Source of the DNA: an uncultured delta proteobacterium
Lineage (GTDB): Bacteria > Desulfobacterota > WTBG01 > CAIYCZ01 > CAIRTM01
Assembly (NCBI GenBank): GCA_963804955.1
Contig: CAWDSQ010000032.1
Coordinates: forward strand, 64,001 to 128,000
Reading direction: 5' to 3'
Length of the DNA stretch: 64,000 nucleotides
The position numbers were made by a program, and so were the translations under genes. How positions within the stretch are numbered: position 1 is the first letter of the stretch; the number at the start of each line of letters is the position of its first letter. The notes below the pieces were generated by a model. It was not told where the DNA came from, searched no databases, and saw nothing but the letters and a program-made list of their open reading frames with translations. Shown one piece after another: positions 35,513-45,281 of this stretch.

Positions 35513-35771
35513 CGTAGGGGCGCACCTGGGCGTGCGCCCTCTTTCCGTTACCCTTTTTTATAGCATGTTTTGTATTCTATACAAGCAAAACGACACACAC
35601 CAGCGGACTACATGCCGCTACCTGCAAGAACCGTAGGGAGCGCACTGCGCACCGCTTTATTCCAGATTTAACTTTCGGTGCGCGCGGTGTACCCTACAAA
35701 GTGTCATCTCGACCAAAGGGAGAGATCTTTAAAGATTTCTCATCCCGCCTGCTTCGGGATTCGAAATGACA
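35513..35771. repeat. Cluster of REP-like palindromes (GTAGGG type and GTCATCTCGACC type)
   Basis: CGTAGGGGCGCAC..GTGCGCCCT; CGTAGGGAGCGCAC...GTACCCTAC; GTCATCTCGACC..AGGGAGAGATCT...TCGAAATGAC, related to 51705-51766. Confidence 0.65.
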
Positions 35772-35790
35772 ATCCGGCTACATTATTTAG

Positions 35791-36087
35791 TTAAATGCTC
35801 ACGGCAAGAAGATCAAGGGGGCTTTTCGGCGCATTCGCCATACTGCGCATGACATGGGTATAGATCATGGTGGTCTCGACATTTTTATGCCCGAGAAGGT
35901 CCTGCACTTCCCGGATATTCACTCCGTTCATGAGCAGGCGCGTTGCAAAGCTGTGCCGCAGGGTATGGACGCTTGCATGCTTCTCAATCCCCGCTTTTCT
36001 CACCGCCTGCTGTACGGCGAGCTGAACCAGCTTTTCGTTTAAGTGATGCCGCCGCACTGCGCCGCTGCGGGGGTCGATTGAAAGCTT
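35791..36087 (-). pseudogene. intI: Integron integrase C-terminal fragment
   Basis: [43 protein letters not shown]. Confidence 0.88.
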
Positions 36088-36138
36088 CTATTTGTAAATA
36101 CAATTGTAATGACAATATATGTGTGCTACGATTAAAGC

Positions 36139-36402
36139 ATGAAAAAATTTACCTGGAACGAAGAAAAGAATACACTTCTGAAAAAAGAAAGAGGCGTGTC
36201 TTTTGAAGAAATTTTAAATTCCACATTTTTAGGAGCCGAAGAACACAGGGCAAAAAGTAATCAGATCGTTTTGTTATTTGAACATGAAAAATATGTTTGG
36301 GTAGTACCATGTGTTATTGACGAGACATATATTTTCCTGAAAACCATGTTCCCCAGCAGAAAATATACGAAAATGCTGAAAAGCAAAAAAGGTGCAAAAT
36401 GA
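36139..36402 (+). CDS. BrnT-like toxin (RelE superfamily)
   Basis: FTWNEEKN.LLKKERGVSFEEI...YVWVVP...FLKTMFPSRKYTK. Confidence 0.8.
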   Translation: MKKFTWNEEKNTLLKKERGVSFEEILNSTFLGAEEHRAKSNQIVLLFEHEKYVWVVPCVIDETYIFLKTMFPSRKYTKMLKSKKGAK

Positions 36403-36647
36403 AAACAACACGATTATCTCAAGAAGAAAAAGAAGTTGAAACCGCCTTGTTAAAAGGTGAATTCAAACCTTTACAGGGAAAGAAGCTTAAAAAAATTGAA
36501 AGCGCTCTCGGAGCAAGGAAGAAAGATGTAACTATGACCATCAGGGTTAACAGTCAAGACATTGAAAAAATCAAGAATAAAGCGAATAAGCTGGGGATAA
36601 AGTATCAATCATATATTTCTGAAATACTACATCAGGTCGCGCAATAG
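36399..36647 (+). CDS. BrnA/CopG-like antitoxin (ribbon-helix-helix)
   Basis: Overlaps toxin stop (ATGA); KKDVTMTIRV...IKNKANKLGIKYQSYI. Confidence 0.8.
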   Translation: MKTTRLSQEEKEVETALLKGEFKPLQGKKLKKIESALGARKKDVTMTIRVNSQDIEKIKNKANKLGIKYQSYISEILHQVAQ

Positions 36648-36761
36648 GTTACTGATTTGATCCACAAAACCACGGACTCTACGCGGGCTATGCTCAGTAG
36701 ACGTGAATAGTATTGTGAGACCGTTAAAATGCTTTCCCATGCTTTCCCAGCAAACAGCCGC

Positions 36762-37287
36762 GTTTACCGCCCCGGATAAACAAAAGGCCCTGCCCGGAAT
36801 CAACATCCTGTACGCGCAAACGAATGCACTCCATCAAGCGCAGGCCGCCGCCATAGAGCAGTTTAGCCATCAGGGCATGATTGCCCGTCATTGTTGCAAG
36901 CAGCCGTTGCACCTCGGCCTGCGTGAGCACGGTAGGTGGCCGTTGATGGCGCTTGCTGCGGGCCGGTTCAATGTCGCCGTCCAGGGGCTTGTCAAGCACG
37001 TCCCGATAGAGAAACACCAGGGCGTTCAGCGCCTGCTTCTGTGTTGAGGCTGAAACCTTGCCCTCTGTTGCCAGATGGGAAAGAAATCGTTCAATATCCT
37101 TCGTTCCGAGGCTGTTCGGATGGGTTTTCCCGCCGAAATGATGGATATAGCGCAGTATCCACTGGCAATAACTTTGTTCCGTGCGGTATGCATAATGATG
37201 ATAGCGGAGCACCTCCCGGACCTGATCCATGAGTTTGAGGCCGGGATTCGGGTGGAACTTCGGTTTGTTTTTATTTTGACTTTCCAT
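36762..37287 (-). pseudogene. intI: Integron integrase N-terminal fragment
   Basis: KLMDQVREVLRYHHYAYRTEQSY, SASTQKQALNALVFLY, PTVLT, LLYGGGLRLMECIRLRVQD; homology stops at IRGGK. Confidence 0.9.
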
Positions 37288-37419
37288 GATTCATCACATA
37301 CTATCGCGATAAATGGAAATTAACTAGAAAAAAATCAATAAGTGGAAAACAACAGAATTAATTTTTCATCTTTTAAGATTAATATGATAATAAGTGGAAA
37401 ATCCGTCCACCTATAGGGG

Positions 37420-37460
37420 GTGATATGACGGACAAGTTTCCACTTATTGCACTGTTGGTG
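37420..37460 (+). other. Putative attI site (crossover at G/TTGGTG, 37454)
   Basis: Between the divergent intI and the first cassette; GTTGGTG nearly complements CTCCAAC of the first attC. Confidence 0.45.
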
Positions 37461-37468
37461 AAACAATA

Positions 37469-37756
37469 ATGAAAGAAAAACCAATTTATTTTGTTTACCT
37501 TAATCCGGTGGTCGAAGACAAAAGATGGTTTTTCCTGAAAGAATTTTTTAACCCTGGATTTATGGAGCGCGACAAATCTCCGGTACTTGTTTGTTTTTCA
37601 CTGGACACATCTTTTCATGCTCTTCTTGCGTTAAAGGCCCGAAACTTCTCAGACAATAAGAACAAAACAATCCATATCCCATATTCAATAGTTGATGGTA
37701 TTCAGGAGATACCTTTTTTGAAAAGCCAAGCTGGATTCCTTGGCTTAAAAGACTAG
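37469..37756 (+). CDS. Cassette 1 hypothetical protein
   Basis: 95-aa AT-rich ORF directly after attI, followed by an attC. Confidence 0.65.
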   Translation: MKEKPIYFVYLNPVVEDKRWFFLKEFFNPGFMERDKSPVLVCFSLDTSFHALLALKARNFSDNKNKTIHIPYSIVDGIQEIPFLKSQAGFLGLKD

Positions 37757-37803
37757 CCCTATACTGAAATCCCTATGCTGGTGCATGTCCATAGAACTAA
37801 GAC

Positions 37804-37892
37804 CTCCAACAAGGCGCTTCACTGGACGGCATGAAGCACCGGTTTTTTATGGTTTAGTCACCGGCTGCCGCCAGTGAGCTTTATCCTTAGCA
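37804..37892 (+). other. attC site 1 (degenerate R')
   Basis: CTCCAAC..GCTTCACTGG...CCAGTGAGC..CTTAGCA. Confidence 0.7.
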
Positions 37893-37919
37893 GCACAATA
37901 TAGAAAAAAGGCGATTGAT

Positions 37920-38123
37920 ATGGCGAATCTTCCCGGTCAACAGCCAGATATAAAATTTTGTCCTGTCTACAAATCTGATTTAAAAAACATACCAAGAACA
38001 AAAATGAAGTCAAAGGGGTATGTAAGGAAAGACGGCACAGTGTCTGAATACACACATACGTATGAATGTAATAATTGCAAAAACCGTTTTGAAATTAACC
38101 AAGATAGGAATGCATTTAGCTAA
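37920..38123 (+). CDS. Cassette 2 small zinc-ribbon-like protein
   Basis: FCPVYK...YECNNCKNRFEINQ; stop lies inside AGCTAAC (R'' box); rest of attC not recognisable. Confidence 0.65.
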   Translation: MANLPGQQPDIKFCPVYKSDLKNIPRTKMKSKGYVRKDGTVSEYTHTYECNNCKNRFEINQDRNAFS

Positions 38124-38184
38124 CTATGTTTCCTTATGGGCTATTTTCTGCCGGTACTGATCAACAATTTTGCCAAGAACAGCT

Positions 38185-39007
38185 ATGCGCAGAGAAATTC
38201 CATCTACTATAATCGCAGTGGTGGCGGATGTCGCATCAACTGCTGAGACGCACGCAACCTTAGACAGTTTATTTATGTATGCGGGCACACCAGGTGATCC
38301 ACCCGTAGGCAGCAAGCATGCTAAGGCACTCGAATGGCTGAGAAAAGCCAACCGTGATGAAACCGTTGATCCAATGAAAATTCTCGGTAAACTCATCGAA
38401 GGATATATGGAAGCCGTAGATGATCCATCCGCTTGGAACAAGGAAGCAGTTCAGGAACGAAAAGAAAAAATTGGGAAAGCGTTAGGTTCTTGTAATCTTC
38501 AGGTATATAAAAGGAGGAAAGGTGTATCGGCAGGCACTAGCAACGCCGCTCGCGGACGTCTAGAGCAGTTTACAGTCAAGAAAAGAGATTTCGTTTCAAT
38601 TAATGATGAGTTTGACAGAGCATTAAAGTCTGTTGAATCATCACCGCGTGAAGCTATTTCCGCAGCATGCAATATCCTCGAGTCGCTTTTTAAGACTTAC
38701 ATAGAGGAAGAAAAACTCGAAGTGCCGCGAAGCAAGACTTGCAGCCAGTCTGGTCCGTAGTCCGCAAACATCTTGGGCTTGATCCAAGCCGTATTGAGGA
38801 TAGAGACATACAAGAGATTATGAGCGGTATATTCGCAGTTGCTAACGGCATCGGTGCGCTTCGTACACATGCCAGTTCGGCACATGGTGCTGGCGAAAGC
38901 GAAAGTATAAAATCGAACCACGTCACGCGCGGCTAGCAGTTCATTCTGCTCACACATTAGCACTGTTTATTTTGGCGTAATCGTGGGAAAAGAAAAAGAA
39001 TGGGTAA
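38185..39007 (+). CDS. Cassette 3 abortive-infection family protein (Abi_C/HEPN-like), frameshifted
   Basis: AISAACNILES, GIGALRTHASSAHG (R-x-H HEPN-like), EPRHARLAVHSAHTL. Confidence 0.8.
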
Positions 39008-39072
39008 CTTCGCACTGTACTGGGCGTGGTTCCGCTGGCGCTCCACCACGCCTGTAACCTTTCGCGTTAGCC
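39002..39072 (+). other. attC site
   Basis: GGGTAAC...GGCGTGG..CCACGCC...GTTAGCC. Confidence 0.75.
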
Positions 39073-39093
39073 ACAAAGTTAAGGCATAATTTT

Positions 39094-39965
39094 ATGACAA
39101 AACAAATGCCGACGTTTGATTCGACTGATGAATCCACTCCTACAAGCCTTATTTGCCCTTGGTGGTTCTGGATCAATAGATGAGATTTACGAAAAAGTTC
39201 TTGAACAGGAAGAAATTGATGAATCAATCTCATCTATTCCTCATAATCCGGATAAAACCAATCAAACGGAAGTTGCATATCGACTGGCATGGGCAAGAAC
39301 GTATCTAAAAAAATATGGGTTTCTTGAAAATTCAAGTAGGGGTGTATGGGCTTTAACCAAACTTGCAAAAGATAAAAAATTTGTAGAACAACACATAGTT
39401 GTTAAAGAAGTAAGAGAAGCTGATAAGGCGGAATCAAAGCATAAAAATAAAAAAGCAAAAAATGAGCAAATCGAGTTAATCGATTCCGATACGCCAGAAG
39501 CCCAAGATTGGCGTGAAGAACTTTATCATCTTCTTACGAAAGATATTTCTCCTGATGCTTTTGAAAGACTTACGCAACGTTTATTAAGGGAATCAGGTTT
39601 CGTGCAAGTAGAAGTAACCGGCCGCACAGGTGACGGTGGTATTGATGGAAAAGGGATTGCTAAAATCCATGGATTCATGAGTTTTCATGTTATTTTCCAA
39701 TGCAAGAAGTATCAAGGTTCAATATCTGCTAGTGATATTCGAGATTTTCGGGGCGCAATGGTTGGAAGAGCTGACAAGGGTTTATTTATAACCACAGGTT
39801 CATTTGACACCCGCTGCCGTGAAAGAAGCAACACGTGATGGTGCGCCACCAATTGATCTTGTAGATGGAGATCAATTGGCAGATAAATTAAAAGAATTTC
39901 AATTAGGCTTAAAAACTGAAATGATAGAACAAGTAACAGTAGATAAAAATTGGTTTAAAAATTGA
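39094..39965 (+). CDS. mrr: Cassette 4 Mrr-family type IV restriction endonuclease, frameshifted
   Basis: Mrr_N RLAWARTYLKKYG.LENSSRGVW; catalytic GDGGIDG, FQCKKY, IRDFRGAM, GLFITTG. Confidence 0.92.
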
Positions 39966-39972
39966 CAACTAC

Positions 39973-40042
39973 GGCCAACGATTCCTTTCACCTGACTTCA
40001 CTCCGCTGCGCTTCGTTTCGCGGGTGAAGTCTAGCGTTATGT
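39973..40042 (+). other. attC site
   Basis: GGCCAAC..TTCACCTG...CGGGTGAA..GTTATGT; R'' matches the previous R' GTTAGCC. Confidence 0.85.
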
Positions 40043-40126
40043 CCAAACAAGGCTTCGATCGGGATAAACGATACCATCACCAACAAGACTCTTAGAGTTC
40101 AGCACAAACGATTTTGGAGGTGAAAC

Positions 40127-40430
40127 ATGAAGAGGATTTTGGTTGCATTGTTTCCTTGCGGGCGTATTCGTAGCTTTTGCTTTTCTAACCGGCAATGTTC
40201 TTTCAGCCCAGGAGAAGGGGCCACCTACTGAGGTAATCAAAGGCGCCTATCGACAGATTCTTTCCAGTGCGGACAAGGACGGCGATGGCAAGCTCAGTCT
40301 GGCTGAGTGCATGTCCATTTCGAGCAATAAAAGCAAGATTGAAAAGGACTGCAAGTACTGGGATGCCAACGGTGACGGGTATATTACTGAAGAGGAATAC
40401 GTCAAACAGGCCAAAGGCATCATGCGATAG
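40127..40430 (+). CDS. Cassette 5 secreted EF-hand protein (indel in signal peptide)
   Basis: GGAGG RBS; DKDGDGKLSLAE and DANGDGYITEEE loops. Confidence 0.8.
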
Positions 40431-40443
40431 AAAAGAAAATTTG

Positions 40444-40507
40444 CCATAACAAGCGGCTCCACCGGATCGCCGATAAATCCGGCTCCCGGTGAGCCGCTGC
40501 GTTAGGC
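40444..40507 (+). other. attC site
   Basis: CCATAAC AAGCGGCTCCACCGG...CCGGTGAGCCGCTGC GTTAGGC with an extrahelical base. Confidence 0.9.
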
Positions 40508-40532
40508 AAATTAACGAAAAGGAAAAATCACA

Positions 40533-40901
40533 ATGAAGACTATCTTTATTGCTATGGTAGCCCTGATCGTTGTAATGGTTTGTGGGTGCGCCGGCACCAC
40601 ACCGATCAAGAACCTGGGATTACCGCCTGTAACTACAATCGAGGGGATGGTCACGCAACTTGACGAAAATGGTTTTAACCTTATGGACAACTCTGGTTCA
40701 ATCTTTGTTCGGGCCAGGCTGCCAGACAGCAAAAAACTAGATGTATCTCTTAATGAGAAACTCAAAGTATATGGCAATCTACAAGGCGGCCAGAAAAAGG
40801 TGTTTGATGGATATGTTATTAAGAAGTCAACGGGGGAGCAGATAATTATCACCGATCCAACACCTCACTTCGGATTCATTATTCAAAGTCGCTTTAAGTA
40901 A
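40533..40901 (+). CDS. Cassette 6 lipoprotein with bacterial OB-fold-like (YgiW/YdeI-type) domain
   Basis: Lipobox-like VCGC; TIEGMVTQLDENGFNLMDNSGSIFV...KLKVYG. Confidence 0.6.
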   Translation: MKTIFIAMVALIVVMVCGCAGTTPIKNLGLPPVTTIEGMVTQLDENGFNLMDNSGSIFVRARLPDSKKLDVSLNEKLKVYGNLQGGQKKVFDGYVIKKSTGEQIIITDPTPHFGFIIQSRFK

Positions 40902-40903
40902 TT

Positions 40904-40966
40904 CAGCAACGCGAATAAAGGAATAAGGGGTCAGGTTGCAGAGGCGGCTGACCTTTAGCGTTAGGC
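40904..40966 (+). other. Degenerate attC site
   Basis: GGTCAG...CTGACC stem ending GTTAGGC; left end poorly conserved. Confidence 0.5.
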
Positions 40967-41128
40967 AACCAGGTCTTCGCCCGGCCGGAGTGCTCGGCTG
41001 GTGTTCGTTTGCGTCCCCTGCGTTGAAGCCGGCAACCGGGAAACGCATAATAGCAGGCGAATCCCGTCCTTCCTGCTTCGTAGGTTACGTCACTATCAAC
41101 CGGGAGGCCTGCGGGAAAGGGGGAAAAG

Positions 41129-42067
41129 ATGAAGCGTTCGTGCCTCGTTTACCTCGGAATCTTCGTCGGCGCCGGCATCCTCGCCGGCATTGGGCTTGTG
41201 CTAACGATTCCCCCGGCTCCGCCGGGTTTTTCTGCACCGTTCGTGATGAAACTCGGCTCCGCGCTAGGCGTTGGCTTTGCTGCCTCCGGCCTGCTCACCG
41301 TGGCACTCTTCGGGCTGAGGGATACTATGCAGCGGCTCAGTGATCGCGCATGCCTCGGCATGACGCGCATGACGATCCCTCTCGATGGCGAGAGGATTGT
41401 CGCGTTCGGAACGGTGGCAGCCGACGGTCCGCTCCTCGAGTCTCCGTTCACTGGCACTCGCTGCGCGTGCTACTCATACGAGGTGCGCTGCACCACCCGG
41501 GGACGCAGCTCAACCGACGTTCTATGCGCCTGGGGGTACGCGCTGACGCCTTCGCACGTAGAGACGCCATGGGGATCGGTCCGGCTGCTGAGCTACACGA
41601 ACATCGATGAATGTCCGCCGCAGCTGGTCGATCCCGCCGTGCGGCGAAAGGCCGCAGCATATTTTGCAGCGACGCAGCTCGAGCCGACCGGCTACGGTGC
41701 GCCGGGCCTCGGCATCGCCGCCGTCAAGCAATTGCACTCGGACCAGGATGGCAGCATCAAGGGAGACTTTGGCCCCCTTCCCTCCGACTTCCTCGAGGGA
41801 GACTATAGGCTTTACGAAAAAATTGTAGTCAATCGTGAGCCGATCACCGCGATCGGCACATGGGACTCGAAGCTCGGCGGAGTGAAGGCTGAACCGGGAG
41901 CCGAAATCCTCGCACCCGTCGTCATCCGCCGGGGGCCCGTGGAGAAGGCGCGCCGAACGCTGCTCAGGCAGGCAATTATAAGCGCCATTTTCGCTTTCGT
42001 TCCATTCGCGATTGCAGCGGCCATCGTGTGGTGGTTTTTCCGGAACGGGGAGCGGCTGTTCTACTAA
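41129..42067 (+). CDS. Cassette 7 membrane protein with GIDE-like soluble domain
   Basis: Two N-terminal and one C-terminal TM; GTV..GPLLESPFTGTRCACYSYEV; visibly GC-richer than neighbouring cassettes. Confidence 0.6.
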   Translation: MKRSCLVYLGIFVGAGILAGIGLVLTIPPAPPGFSAPFVMKLGSALGVGFAASGLLTVALFGLRDTMQRLSDRACLGMTRMTIPLDGERIVAFGTVAADGPLLESPFTGTRCACYSYEVRCTTRGRSSTDVLCAWGYALTPSHVETPWGSVRLLSYTNIDECPPQLVDPAVRRKAAAYFAATQLEPTGYGAPGLGIAAVKQLHSDQDGSIKGDFGPLPSDFLEGDYRLYEKIVVNREPITAIGTWDSKLGGVKAEPGAEILAPVVIRRGPVEKARRTLLRQAIISAIFAFVPFAIAAAIVWWFFRNGERLFY

Positions 42068-42268
42068 CATCGTCAGCTCAAAGGGGCAGGGAGATGTTCT
42101 GATGCCGTTCAACGGGCCGTCGTGTCCATCAAATCCGTCTCTGCAGCCGCAGGCAAAGCCTGCCCAGGCTGGTGCGGCGCAAACCGTGATTGAATAGCAG
42201 ACACTAGTGGGCCTTCACATTTGATTTTGTTGGATGAGATACAATCTCTCGTACTTAAGACAAGTCCT

Positions 42269-42333
42269 GTCATTCCGGCTTGTCCGGAATCTTTTCCACC
42301 GCAGAAGAAGGATTCCGGACAAGCCGGAATGAC
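42269..42333. repeat. REP-like perfect 23-bp inverted repeat
   Basis: GTCATTCCGGCTTGTCCGGAATC...GATTCCGGACAAGCCGGAATGAC. Confidence 0.75.
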
Positions 42334-42464
42334 GCTGGGATTTTCTTATTCAATTAACATTTACCCCTGATTATCATATATTGGCATTAAGAAAAAAGTG
42401 ACTAAAACAGTTAATTTCAAATGTGAAGGGACACTAGCAGCATAGAAAAAAGGAGGCAAACTGC

Positions 42465-43017
42465 ATGAAGCGAGCACTGCTGGTCATCGATGTTCAGAAT
42501 GAATATTTTTCCGGCCTGCTGCCAATCACACACCCACAAGGTCACCTGGCCAATATACTGAGGGTCATGGATGCGGCGGCGGCCCATGACATTCCTGTCG
42601 TGGTGGTGCAGCACACCTCTACCGAGCCCGACAGGCCGTTCTTCAAGCGCGGCACACCCAAGTGGGAACTGCACCCTGAGGTACATGGCTCGGCCGCATA
42701 GCCTCTTGATAGAAAAAAATCTGCCGGGGAGTTTTACCGGGACCGTGCTTGAGCCATGGCTGCGCGAGCGGAGTATTGACACCGTCGTTATTGCGGGCTA
42801 TATGACGCATATGTGCTGCGATACCACGGCGCGGCAGGCAGTACACCGGGGCTTTACCGTCGAGTTTCTGAGCGATGCAACGGGCACCCTGCCCCTGAGC
42901 AATGCCGCAGGCGAGGTCAGCGCCGAGGAATTGCAGCGAGCCATTTTATGCGCGCAGCAGATGCTGCTCAGCGAAGTCATCAGCACGGACGCGTGGTGCC
43001 GGCGTATTGCCGGTTAG
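42465..43017 (+). CDS. Isochorismatase-like cysteine hydrolase, frameshifted
   Basis: [36 protein letters not shown]. Confidence 0.9.
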
Positions 43018-43060
43018 AGTGGATAAAAGGAGATTACAAACATATAGAAGGGTTTAGAAA

Positions 43061-43435
43061 GTGACAATCTCTACTTCATATGACCGTTTAAGGAATTTGA
43101 CCATTTTCACCGCAAAAGGAGAGCTGACATACGCAGAGCAATTAGCAACTCTTAAAGAGTTTTACGATGGACACCCCACCGTCAATGTAATTTGGGATTT
43201 CCGTTCTATAGAAGGAAGCCGGATCACCTCTGAAGAACTGAATAGAATTATATCATTTATTAAAAGCCAGGAGAGCAATCGCCCTCAAGGAAAAACGGCC
43301 CTGGTGGCCACAACCGATTTAGATTTCGGCCTGTCAAGAATGGGCCAGGCCTATGCCGATATACAGGAGTTGCCCTGGCAAATCCAGGCATATCGTTCAA
43401 TGGATGAGGCCATAAAATGGATTGAAGAAGTCTAG
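43061..43435 (+). CDS. SpoIIAA/STAS-SEC14-like hypothetical protein
   Basis: VIWDFR, KTALVATTDLDFGLSRM, YRSMDEAIKWI. Confidence 0.6.
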   Translation: MTISTSYDRLRNLTIFTAKGELTYAEQLATLKEFYDGHPTVNVIWDFRSIEGSRITSEELNRIISFIKSQESNRPQGKTALVATTDLDFGLSRMGQAYADIQELPWQIQAYRSMDEAIKWIEEV

Positions 43436-43668
43436 CGCTATGCGCACCCTGCGAGCCTTTCCCCGGAACTCCAATGCTTAAAAAATCCATCAGCCGCGAT
43501 TAAAGACCACAAAGACCCTTTATTGTTGCCTGCCCCTGCCCTGCTAAAATGCCGCTGGTATGCTTGTACACATTTTAGAACAGAGCCGCTCATCTGTTCG
43601 GCTGTTTTTTTATGGCCGTCGCACATGATGTACATTTTGCTTGCACCTCAGAAGTTTTCAAGGGTGCT

Positions 43669-44907
43669 TTATGCGGACCGGCGCAGGCTTTGAATGCGCT
43701 CAAGCACCGGCGGGTGGCTGTATTCGAGAAAGACCTTTGCCGGGTGGGGCGTGAGGTTGGAAAGATTATCGACGCTCAGTTTTTTCAGCGCTGTAACAAG
43801 TGTCTCGGGGCTTTTGACGGTTCGGGCCGCAAAATCGTCGGCCTCGAATTCATGCCGGCGGGAAAGGATGTTTGCGCCGATGCCGAGGAGCATTTCTATG
43901 GGAGTATAGAGGAACCCAAAAAAGAAAAGAGTAGCATAAAGAGACGTATGCTCCATCCCGAAAGCAGCGCTTAAGGAAGGGTTGTTGAGAAACAGCGATA
44001 AAATATAAAACATGATGCCGCTGGTTACTATGGACATGGCGAGCATCCGGATGATATGCCGCTTTTTGTAATGCCCTACTTCGTGGGCAAGAATGGCCAC
44101 CAGCTCGTCGGCGCTGTGTTGCGCAATAAGAGTATCAAAAAGCACGATACGGCGGAAGCGGCCAAAGCCGGTAAAAAAGGCATTTGACTTTGTGGAGCGC
44201 CGCGACCCGTCCATGGTAAATATCCCCTGCATTTTGAACTGCTGCTCGCGGGCGTAGCGCTCGATGGCCTCTTTCAGCTCTCCGTCGGCCAGGGGTGTGA
44301 ACTTGTTAAAGAGCGGCATGATCACAGCCGGGGCAAAAAACATGAGCACTATCTGAATGACCGTCACAGCTGCCCAGCACCAGAGCCAGGCCAGGGGCCC
44401 TGTTTTTTGAAAAAACCAGAGCACCAGCGCCAGCACGGGGCCGCCGATGGCAGCGGCAAGCAGCCAGCCTTTGAGATGATCGACTATAAAGACTTGAAGC
44501 GTGGTTTTATTGAAACCGTAGCGCTCTTCGATGACAAAGGTTGCATAGGCTGAAAAGGGTATATGGATACTATCTGCTGCCAGCAGCAGGATGCCTGCAA
44601 AGAAGAGCCCTGTGGGTATTTCCCCGAAACCCGCAGACCGTGCAATGCCATCGACAGCATTGAACCCGCCAAGCAGGATGAAAGCAACCGTGAGGATCAA
44701 AAAAAACGTATCGGCAATGCAGCCGAATATGGTGGTGTCGCGCAGGTACTGCTGGGAGGTTGCATATTTTCCGGCATCATACCAGCCCTGAAATTCCGCA
44801 GGCAGGTCAGGCTTGAGAGCGCGCAGGTTCAAAATCTCAATTGCTAGATCAAGAATCCAGCTCAGTATGAGCACAGCCAGAATAAAAATCAGGTAACCGT
44901 TCAACAC
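43669..44907 (-). CDS. M48A metallopeptidase (Ste24/CAAX protease-like)
   Basis: DGSRRSTKSNAFFTG, ILAHEVGH, SRRHEFEAD, YSHPPVLERI. Confidence 0.93.
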   Translation of the reverse strand: MLNGYLIFILAVLILSWILDLAIEILNLRALKPDLPAEFQGWYDAGKYATSQQYLRDTTIFGCIADTFFLILTVAFILLGGFNAVDGIARSAGFGEIPTGLFFAGILLLAADSIHIPFSAYATFVIEERYGFNKTTLQVFIVDHLKGWLLAAAIGGPVLALVLWFFQKTGPLAWLWCWAAVTVIQIVLMFFAPAVIMPLFNKFTPLADGELKEAIERYAREQQFKMQGIFTMDGSRRSTKSNAFFTGFGRFRRIVLFDTLIAQHSADELVAILAHEVGHYKKRHIIRMLAMSIVTSGIMFYILSLFLNNPSLSAAFGMEHTSLYATLFFFGFLYTPIEMLLGIGANILSRRHEFEADDFAARTVKSPETLVTALKKLSVDNLSNLTPHPAKVFLEYSHPPVLERIQSLRRSA

Positions 44908-45281
44908 TGCATCCTTCCTGAGGCGGCCCTTCTCCAGCTGTGAATAGATTAAACTGGAAGATTTAACAAAATGCTATAGCCATTAGTCCTGCGAGTATCT
45001 TGAATACTGATCCCGGTTATTCCGGCTTGCTCGTAATCGTTTTTCTGCACGCTCAAAAAGAATTCCCCTGAAGCGGAAAGGACACGGAATGCTGCCTGCA
45101 ATGGTGCGCGCAGCGCACCCTGCAGCTGTGCAGGGATACGTGCATACATGAAACTCTGTGCGGCGCCTGGGCGGCACGTATCCTGTCCCTCATGGCTGAA
45201 ACGGGATTGTATCCAGCCCCTTCTTTATGTGGTGCAGCAGCTTACCCAACAGGGGGGGCGGAAAAGAAAATCCGGGCGCCT

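Larger units (their letters stand above)
37454..42150 (+). mobile_element. Integron cassette array (about 7 cassettes)
   Basis: Co-oriented ORFs separated by RYYYAAC...GTTRRRY imperfect hairpins, divergent from intI. Confidence 0.88.

Noticed and set aside
36088..36760. BrnT/BrnA pair as a bona fide integron cassette
   Set aside because: A GTTAAAA occurs at 36723, but I see no matching R'' box or attC hairpin after the antitoxin, so the insertion mechanism is left open.
37800..41000. Recurring hairpins as a CRISPR array
   Set aside because: Repeats are not identical and are separated by whole genes; they fit attC sites, and no cas genes are present.
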